Part shown: positions 26,176 to 32,000 of the stretch, one piece after another | Layout: each line of letters opens with the position of its first letter | How positions within the stretch are numbered: position 1 is the first letter of the stretch | Origin: Candidatus Nanoarchaeia archaeon | Lineage (GTDB): Archaea > Nanobdellota > Nanobdellia > Woesearchaeales > JANQNC01 | Direction of reading: 5' to 3' | NCBI GenBank assembly: GCA_028279745.1 | Contig: JANQNC010000001.1 | Span: 750,001 to 782,000, forward strand | DNA: 32,000 nt | The notes under the pieces: model-generated | The model's input: the letters and a program-made list of their open reading frames with translations, nothing else | Told to the model about the DNA's origin: nothing | The model's database searches: none | Program-made: the position numbers and the translations under genes

Positions 26176-27191
26176 AATTAAATAAAATTGTTACTTTAAT
26201 ATTAATAGCGTTAGTAATATCCTTTGCTTTCAGAGTAGGCTTTTCAGTATATGAACGAAACCAGTATGTAGGTATATGTGGGATAACCAAAGAAAGTTTA
26301 TCTGTTACAGGGGTAGATAAAGCATGGAAAATAAAAGTTGATGGAGTTAAGTTAAATGGAGAGGGTAATTCTGTTTGTGTCATAGATACGGGAGTAAGAT
26401 ACACAGACCCAGACTTGGGTGGGGAATGGGGTGAGATAGTCATTGGAGGATATAACTCAATAGATGAAGTTGAATGTTCAACAAACCATTCCGCATGTGA
26501 CGAAGACGGAAATGTTTACCCCTACCAACATGGAAGTGGTATGGCAAGAATAATAGCAGCAAATCAGCCTTACGATAGAGGTGTATCTTACGGTTCAAAA
26601 ATAGTAGCAGCAAAATTTGAGCACAAAGATGATGTTTTTGAGATGGAAGATTACCTAGAAGCGATAGAGTGGTGTATAGATAATTCTGAGAAGTATAATA
26701 TTACTGTACTTAGTATGAGCAATTGTTATTTGTCTAGTTTAGAAGAAAGAAGTTGTTTAGAAAAATATCCTCAGTATGAAAATTATTCAAGATTATTACA
26801 AAAAGCAATAGACAAAAACATAGTTGTAGTGGTGGCGGGAGGAAACTCAGGACCAGGAATATGCCATCCAAACTGTGCAGCACCAGAAGATGTGATAATT
26901 GTAGGGGCAACTAATAGTTCAGGGAGTATGAATGGAGAGCTAGCATGGGGCCCTAGTGTAGATGTAGTTGCGCCTGGAAGAGTAACATCTTGTTCAACAC
27001 CCTTTGTTTCAGGAGTTGTATCTTTAGTGATGCATTACAATAAATTATTAGGAAATGAAGCTTTAACTCCTGGAGAGATAAAAGATATACTTATTAATAC
27101 AGGAGATTCTGTGAAATCACCACACGAAAACGATTCAGTTAAAGAATATCCAAGAGTAAATGTGTATAATGCAGTGAAGTATTTAGAATGA
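26172..27191 (+). CDS. Membrane-anchored subtilisin-like serine protease (peptidase S8)
   Basis: N-terminal anchor KIVTLILIALVISFAF. Catalytic blocks VCVIDTGV (Asp), HGSGMARIIA (His), VVAGGNSG (oxyanion Asn) and VTSCSTPFVSG (Ser, variant of GTSMAxPHVxG). ATGA overlap with the upstream gene. Confidence 0.8.
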   Translation: MKLNKIVTLILIALVISFAFRVGFSVYERNQYVGICGITKESLSVTGVDKAWKIKVDGVKLNGEGNSVCVIDTGVRYTDPDLGGEWGEIVIGGYNSIDEVECSTNHSACDEDGNVYPYQHGSGMARIIAANQPYDRGVSYGSKIVAAKFEHKDDVFEMEDYLEAIEWCIDNSEKYNITVLSMSNCYLSSLEERSCLEKYPQYENYSRLLQKAIDKNIVVVVAGGNSGPGICHPNCAAPEDVIIVGATNSSGSMNGELAWGPSVDVVAPGRVTSCSTPFVSGVVSLVMHYNKLLGNEALTPGEIKDILINTGDSVKSPHENDSVKEYPRVNVYNAVKYLE

Positions 27192-27529
27192 GAAAGAAAA
27201 TATATGGAAGTTACCAAGAAAGCAAGTGCCCTTTTTGTGGGAAAACAGCAACTGTAAAGAATAAACAACAAGTTCCAGTATGTAGGGACCACACTAATTC
27301 TGTATTGGAAGACATTAAATGTATTTGTGGGGAATGGATGAGTGTTAGAACAGGAAAATATGGAGCTTTCTTTTTATGTGACAAATGCGGGCCTATGAAC
27401 TTGAATAAAGCTTTAGAGATAAAAGAGATGACACAGAAAAAAGAAGAAAAGAAAGTACATGAAGAATACCAATCACCCAAGAAAGAAAAAGAAATCACAA
27501 TAACAACTGATGATGTTGAGTATTTCTAA
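27188..27529 (+). CDS. Zinc-finger protein with topoisomerase-type C4 finger
   Basis: CPFCG...VCRDH, then CICGEWMSVRTGKYGAFFLCDKCG (pattern of the Topo I C4 zinc finger), and a K/E-rich tail. ATGA overlap with the protease stop. Confidence 0.6.
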   Translation: MRKKIYGSYQESKCPFCGKTATVKNKQQVPVCRDHTNSVLEDIKCICGEWMSVRTGKYGAFFLCDKCGPMNLNKALEIKEMTQKKEEKKVHEEYQSPKKEKEITITTDDVEYF

Positions 27530-27978
27530 AGAAACAATTTAAACCAAACAGTGTTATCACCATCAATCCTATCATTTTTAATGGTTCTATACTTCCTAAA
27601 GCCCAGTTTTTCTATAACTAATCTAGAAGGAGCATTTTTCTCCCAAGTTCTAACAATTATTTGCTTGATATTTTTCTTTTTCAGATTATTGATTGCTTTT
27701 CTGTACAGTTTGGTTGCTAAACCTTTTCCCCTATATCTTTTATCGACCCAAATACCCCTGATGTATCCTCCTTTCTTGTATTTATCATCATAAGAGATGT
27801 ATGCTATGAAGTTGTTTTTGTCACTGACTAAAATCATGTGTAGATTATCTTTAACAAGGTAATCTTCTAAAGGATTGTTTTTTCTCTTTTTTCTAAAAGG
27901 AACAAAGTCTTTTTCAATAGCCTTAACTCTCTTTTTCAACAAAGGAATATTTTTGCTATTAATGTTAACAAACTTCAT
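27526..27978 (-). CDS. GNAT-family N-acetyltransferase
   Basis: Acetyl-CoA motif A: WVDKRYRGKGLATKLYRKAI. 150 aa. Confidence 0.8.
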   Translation of the reverse strand: MKFVNINSKNIPLLKKRVKAIEKDFVPFRKKRKNNPLEDYLVKDNLHMILVSDKNNFIAYISYDDKYKKGGYIRGIWVDKRYRGKGLATKLYRKAINNLKKKNIKQIIVRTWEKNAPSRLVIEKLGFRKYRTIKNDRIDGDNTVWFKLFL

Positions 27979-28013
27979 ACACTTTAATTAAGTTAGTTTA
28001 ATTATAAACTTTA

Positions 28014-28748
28014 CTACTCAAGAACTTTAACTCTGCCGGGCTTGACTTCAAATAGTTCACCTTCACCAAGAAGGGTTGTGATCAATGACTCTATGTCATC
28101 ACCTTTTAACTTTACTAATTCATCAACATCAACACCATCACCTTCGTCTAACTTTCTAATAGTCTTAAGAAGAGATTCTATAGGATTATCATCACTTTCT
28201 TCATCTTCAATAGTTTCTTCTTCTGCAATATTACTTTCCTCATCATCAGCTTTTTCTGGAAGTTTAGGTTCTTCTTTAACTTCCGTTTTTTTAGTCTCTT
28301 CAATAATCTGTTCAGTAACGGGTTTTTCTACGACAAGGTTTTCAGCAGAAACAAAATCATCACCAACTAACTCTAACTCCTTTTTTCTATAATCCAACCA
28401 ATCTTTATCAATAGTTTTACAACTTTCACAAACAACATATCTCATACTACCATACTCTTTAACTTTACCGATTATATTGATACAGTCGCCAACATCAAAA
28501 TTATCCAAAAGCACAGAACCAAAATTTCTCACTTCAATTACTGCAGTACCATCATCAAAACTTAAAGCTTCAAAATTAGCTTGGATGTTTTTCCCAACAA
28601 CAAAACCCATCAGATTAACTCTAGAAACCTTAATACCATTAACTGCAATAAAATCAGGCTCAAACTCTTGAACACCTTTAGAAAAATCACCATTAAGAAG
28701 ATCAACAACTCTTATCTTGTACGCTATAAGTCTATCTACCATGATCAT
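28014..28748 (-). CDS. RPA32/Stn1-like OB-fold protein with acidic linker and C-terminal winged helix
   Basis: VSRVNLMGFVVGK...LSFDDGTAVIEVRNF...VGDCINIIGKVKEYGSMRYVV follows the RPA32-type OB pattern (V.lvG.V...l.DgTG.i.v...G.yv.v.G.l). An E/D-rich linker follows, then ...LITTLLGEGELFEVKPGRVKVL (winged-helix-like). ATGA overlap with the mcm stop. Confidence 0.55.
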   Translation of the reverse strand: MIMVDRLIAYKIRVVDLLNGDFSKGVQEFEPDFIAVNGIKVSRVNLMGFVVGKNIQANFEALSFDDGTAVIEVRNFGSVLLDNFDVGDCINIIGKVKEYGSMRYVVCESCKTIDKDWLDYRKKELELVGDDFVSAENLVVEKPVTEQIIEETKKTEVKEEPKLPEKADDEESNIAEEETIEDEESDDNPIESLLKTIRKLDEGDGVDVDELVKLKGDDIESLITTLLGEGELFEVKPGRVKVLE

Positions 28749-30751
28749 ATCCTCGAAATGAAACCACGCTTAGGCTCAAAAATATCCCCACTACGCTTTA
28801 ATTTCTCTATCACCTCCTCGACAGTATCCTCGCTCACGCTTTTACTGCCAGCCTCCCTAATGATATCATCTATGGGGATAACTTTTCCTAACTTGTTTTC
28901 TAATTCATTAATCAACTCTTTAACAACATGAATGCTGTTACGTTGGGTAGCACTAATACCTGTGCTAATCCTATCAATATCGATCTGACCAGTCTCAGAA
29001 TCAGTAGCAACTTGCGCAAGGCAGTATTCTAAAAGTTCAATTGCCTTCTTAGCATCTTTCTTAGTCGCAACACTACTTAGTCTTAATCTTGCAGCAGCTT
29101 CAGTAAGTCTAACTAAAGCTTCTAACTGTCTTGCAGAGATGGGCATAGCTTTAACACCACCATCTTCACTGCTGCTTCCAGACCTCATCCTTACGAAATA
29201 AGACTGTAATTCTTCAAGAGCAGAATCATTAATCCTTGGGTGAATCTTTTGTTTAGCATAAGCAAAATATTTTCTTATAAGTTCAGTATCCAACTCAACA
29301 TTTAACTCAGGGTTTTGATGTAGTTTCAAAATAAAACCAGCCAGTTTAGAATCTTTCTCAGCAGAAGGTAAGTCTTTAATCGGGAAAATAAGATCGAACC
29401 TGTTAATCAATGCAGGAGGCAAATCAATCTGGTCAGCAATAATACCGTATGGATCAAATCTACCAAACTTAGGGTTTGCAGCCGCTAAAACTGTTGTCTC
29501 TGATCTTAAAGTAGCTTGAACATTAGCTTTGGAAATAGAAACTGTCTGCTGCTCTAAAGCTTCGTGCATCGCACTTCTATCTTCATTACTCATCTTATCT
29601 AACTCATCAATCATACACATACCTTTGTTAGCAAGAACCAATGCTCCTGCTTCTAAAGCCCAACCTTTCAAGAACTCATCCCTAACAACAGCAGCAGTTA
29701 ATCCTGCACCGGATGCACCTTTACCAGAAACAAATCTAGCTTTGGGCGCTACTTTCTGCATTCTTTTAATTAATTGGGACTTACCGCAACCTGGATCTCC
29801 CACCAATAAAACGTGAATATCTCCTCTAGTTACTACACCATCAGTTCTTTCTTTTTGAACTCCACCAACTTGTTGATAGATTAAAGCTTCCTTAATCTTT
29901 TCATGACCATAAATAGTTGGAGCAACACACTTGATCAGTTTATCATGAAGTTTAGGATCTTTAGCAAGATCAAGAATCTGTTTTTCTTCCTCATCACTAA
30001 TCTCAATATTACCAAACTCTTCCTCAACACCTTCAACATGGTTACATTCAATCAGCAGATCAAATCTTGTCGATTGTGCACCCGTTCTCAAGGTGATAGG
30101 AACTTCCTTAACAACACCAGAAACCTTAATCTTAGAACCGGGGTTAGTCTTTTTTTCACCCAAAGGACTAACTAAATCATTTTTCAAAAATAAGTTCATA
30201 CGTTTTGGCTGTTCGCTACCTTCAATATCTTCAGGAGACTCTTCTAAAATAATTGCTTGCGCATCAACTAACTCTTTGTTTAATAGCCTAAACTTACCTT
30301 TCCGACCACAACCACATCTAGAAGGCTCTTTGAATGATGTGTCTAGTTGTAACACATTAATTGTGTTACCGCAAGAAGGACATTCAAACTTAGCAGATGT
30401 AACTTGAGGTCTTACATCTGACTTCTGTCTGACAATACCATTAATCTCTAAGAATTTATTGATGTGTTCACTTCTAATATTCCTAATCATGATCTGTTGA
30501 GAGTTAGGAATGTTGAAGAATCTAACAAAGACATTTTTGCCTTCGAGACCTTCTGCTGCAATTTCGGCTGCTTTAATAGAATCGTCTGGGAATTCTAATA
30601 CAGACTCAGCTAGGTCAATATCAAATTTAGATAAACCAATAAAGTCAATGTTAAGACTTTTCTTCCCCGTTCTTATAGCTTTAAGAAGATCAGAGTGATG
30701 TTCTGATTCTAAAAACTCCTGAAACTTCTTAATCTGCTCAGCAGCATCCAT
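28745..30751 (-). CDS. mcm: MCM replicative helicase
   Basis: N-terminal Zn finger CPSCGNT...CGCG, Walker A LLVGDPGCGKSQL, Walker B CMIDELDKM, arginine finger SRFDLIF-type (NRFDLIF), and a C-terminal winged helix. At 668 aa there is no intein. Confidence 0.95.
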   Translation of the reverse strand: MDAAEQIKKFQEFLESEHHSDLLKAIRTGKKSLNIDFIGLSKFDIDLAESVLEFPDDSIKAAEIAAEGLEGKNVFVRFFNIPNSQQIMIRNIRSEHINKFLEINGIVRQKSDVRPQVTSAKFECPSCGNTINVLQLDTSFKEPSRCGCGRKGKFRLLNKELVDAQAIILEESPEDIEGSEQPKRMNLFLKNDLVSPLGEKKTNPGSKIKVSGVVKEVPITLRTGAQSTRFDLLIECNHVEGVEEEFGNIEISDEEEKQILDLAKDPKLHDKLIKCVAPTIYGHEKIKEALIYQQVGGVQKERTDGVVTRGDIHVLLVGDPGCGKSQLIKRMQKVAPKARFVSGKGASGAGLTAAVVRDEFLKGWALEAGALVLANKGMCMIDELDKMSNEDRSAMHEALEQQTVSISKANVQATLRSETTVLAAANPKFGRFDPYGIIADQIDLPPALINRFDLIFPIKDLPSAEKDSKLAGFILKLHQNPELNVELDTELIRKYFAYAKQKIHPRINDSALEELQSYFVRMRSGSSSEDGGVKAMPISARQLEALVRLTEAAARLRLSSVATKKDAKKAIELLEYCLAQVATDSETGQIDIDRISTGISATQRNSIHVVKELINELENKLGKVIPIDDIIREAGSKSVSEDTVEEVIEKLKRSGDIFEPKRGFISRI

Positions 30752-30763
30752 GTTAATCTAACC

Positions 30764-31360
30764 TTATATTACTTTTTTAAGGTTAACTATTAACTTTTCA
30801 ACTGCCACGTGAACTTCGTCTTCGCTTTTGGTTCCTGTACAAACTATTTTTCCGTTACTGAATAACAAGAAAGTAGCGTTAGCATCTTTCAACTTGTAAA
30901 CAAGTCCAGGGAACTGTTCAGGTTCGTATTCTGTGTTATCAAGCTTCATAGCTAAATTGTTTAGGTTTAAAGCCATACCAATATCGCCATGAGCAACCAT
31001 GTTCTGAACATTCACAACCGGTTTGATTGTTATCTTTATGTTGATCTTTTCTAGAGCTTTGATTACTTGCTGAATGCTTTTGTCAACTTCATCCAAGTTT
31101 CTTGCTCCGGTACAAACAATTTTACCAGAACTAAAAATCAAAGCAGATGTCTTTGGCTCTTTTATTCTTATTACTAATCCTGGAAACTGTTCCGGATTGT
31201 ATTCTGTGTTTGGTAAGGTTGCTGCCATCTTCTCTAATGGAATATCGTGTTCCAAAGATGAAGAAATTACTATGTTTACTACCTTAGTTTTTGGCTCATC
31301 ATCACTCTTTTTCTCAGCCTTTTCAGCTGTCTTTTTTTTAGCTTTTTTCTTAGGTGCCAT
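30764..31360 (-). CDS. tbp: TATA-box binding protein with Lys-rich N-terminal extension
   Basis: Two direct repeats: EQFPGLVIRIKEPKTSALIFSSGKIVCTGA and EQFPGLVYKLKDANATFLLFSNGKIVCTGT. The track starts at TTG 31372; ATG 31360 (MAPKKKAKKK) is preferred, with GGGGGT at 31378-31383 (minus). Start is uncertain between the two. Confidence 0.9.
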   Translation of the reverse strand: MAPKKKAKKKTAEKAEKKSDDEPKTKVVNIVISSSLEHDIPLEKMAATLPNTEYNPEQFPGLVIRIKEPKTSALIFSSGKIVCTGARNLDEVDKSIQQVIKALEKINIKITIKPVVNVQNMVAHGDIGMALNLNNLAMKLDNTEYEPEQFPGLVYKLKDANATFLLFSNGKIVCTGTKSEDEVHVAVEKLIVNLKKVI

Positions 31361-31466
31361 TTTTAATTCCAACCCCCATTTGGTTTGATCGTTAATTTAT
31401 AAACAAGGGAGTAGGTAAAAGTTTATAAAGCTTTTTAAACAAGTATATACTCCAGAATATAATAGA

Positions 31467-31488
31467 GACCCCCCTATTTCTTATGGAG
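31467..31488 (-). promoter_or_regulatory. Solitary ORB-like box upstream of the tbp-mcm array
   Basis: Minus-strand read CTCCATAAGAAATAGGGGGGTC matches the 14088-14109 origin box at 16 of 22 positions, with the same dyad-to-GGGGT spacing. It is not adjacent to any start codon, so it is not a Shine-Dalgarno sequence. Confidence 0.45.
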
Positions 31489-31670
31489 TTCTTAGTGTTA
31501 ATACGTGGATTTTTTGTTTTGGGTTGTTTTTACGCTTGTTTCGCTCCATACGAAAAAAAGCATTTCTATTTAGTTAGTTTATAAGCAAAAATTCCCATGG
31601 AAAACATAAAGCATAAAAAGAAATTATGGTTTTTTCTTTCAAAAAGAGGTCTTGAAGGAGTTTAATTAAA

Positions 31671-32000
31671 ATGGTAAAGATAAAAATACAAAAGATAAGA
31701 GAGAACGCAATAATTCCTAAATACGCACATAAAGGAGATGTTGGGATGGACTTATATTCTACTATTTCTGTTAGGATCAAACCGGGACACAGAGCATTGA
31801 TCCCATCAGGGTTGAAGATAGCATTGCCTAAAGGATATGAATCACAAATAAGACCTAAGTCTGGGTTGGCGTTGAAAGAAGGAGTAACTGTGTTGAATTC
31901 ACCAGGAACAATTGAGGCTGAGTACAGGGGAGAGTATGGGATCGTTTTGATAAACCATTCAAGTAAAGATGTGTTAGTTGAAGAAGGACAGAAAGTAGCT
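31671..32000 (+). CDS. dut: dUTP diphosphatase, homotrimeric Dut type (5' part; runs off the right edge)
   Basis: Absent from the ORF track because it has no stop in the window. GAAGGAG lies 10 nt upstream of ATG 31671. Translation: MVKIKIQKIRENAIIPKYAHKGDVGMDLY...IRPKSGLA...NSPGTIEAEYRGEYGIVLINHS...GQKVA, carrying dUTPase motifs I-III and the start of IV. Confidence 0.85.
   Translation, partial: MVKIKIQKIRENAIIPKYAHKGDVGMDLYSTISVRIKPGHRALIPSGLKIALPKGYESQIRPKSGLALKEGVTVLNSPGTIEAEYRGEYGIVLINHSSKDVLVEEGQKVA

Noticed and set aside
31483-31584. 33-aa hydrophobic + strand mini-ORF (MEFLVLIRGFFVLGCFYACFAPYEKKHFYLVSL) in the tbp/dut gap
   Set aside because: It has no ribosome-binding site or TATA at suitable spacing, and it overlaps the ORB-like box. 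It cannot be supported from sequence alone.
31574-31780. 68-aa minus-strand ORF
   Set aside because: It overlaps the start of the well-supported dut gene on the opposite strand, and it is hydrophobic low-complexity sequence.

Overview
AT-rich, tightly packed archaeal chromosomal segment dominated by replication, transcription and translation genes. All product calls come from reading motifs in the supplied translations; no searches were run. The centrepiece is a textbook archaeal replication origin at about 13.5-14.2 kb. It is a roughly 0.5-kb, almost pure A+T stretch flanked by inverted ORB-like boxes, and it sits directly upstream of orc1/cdc6, PolD small subunit (DP1) and PolD large subunit (DP2). 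Also present: tyrS, PAN, deoxyhypusine synthase, a Trm5-family tRNA methyltransferase, FEN1, the tRNA splicing endonuclease, RNase Z, Hjc, TFE, aIF2-beta, a tbp-mcm-(RPA32-like OB protein) array and a dUTPase. A GlcD/split-GlcF-like oxidoreductase operon, a TrmB regulator, two HAD hydrolases, an MFS transporter, a GNAT and a SpoIIM-like/subtilase/Zn-finger trio complete the set. PolD argues against Crenarchaeota. The compaction (4-nt ATGA gene overlaps, convergent genes sharing stop codons) and the unusual domain architecture suggest a small-genome archaeon, possibly DPANN-like, but the taxon cannot be fixed from this window. I found no rRNA, tRNA, CRISPR array, transposase or integrase. Most worth a second look: (1) a Trm5-type methyltransferase with what reads as a complete endonuclease IV/xylose-isomerase-like TIM barrel nested inside its Rossmann fold; (2) a 77-nt GC-rich structured RNA candidate with its own TATA box and oligo-T stop, antisense-adjacent to the dys 3' end; (3) a solitary ORB-like box upstream of the tbp-mcm operon; (4) an uncharacterised winged-helix / K-E-repeat protein between endA and fen1; (5) mcm translationally coupled to an RPA32/Stn1-like OB-fold protein.
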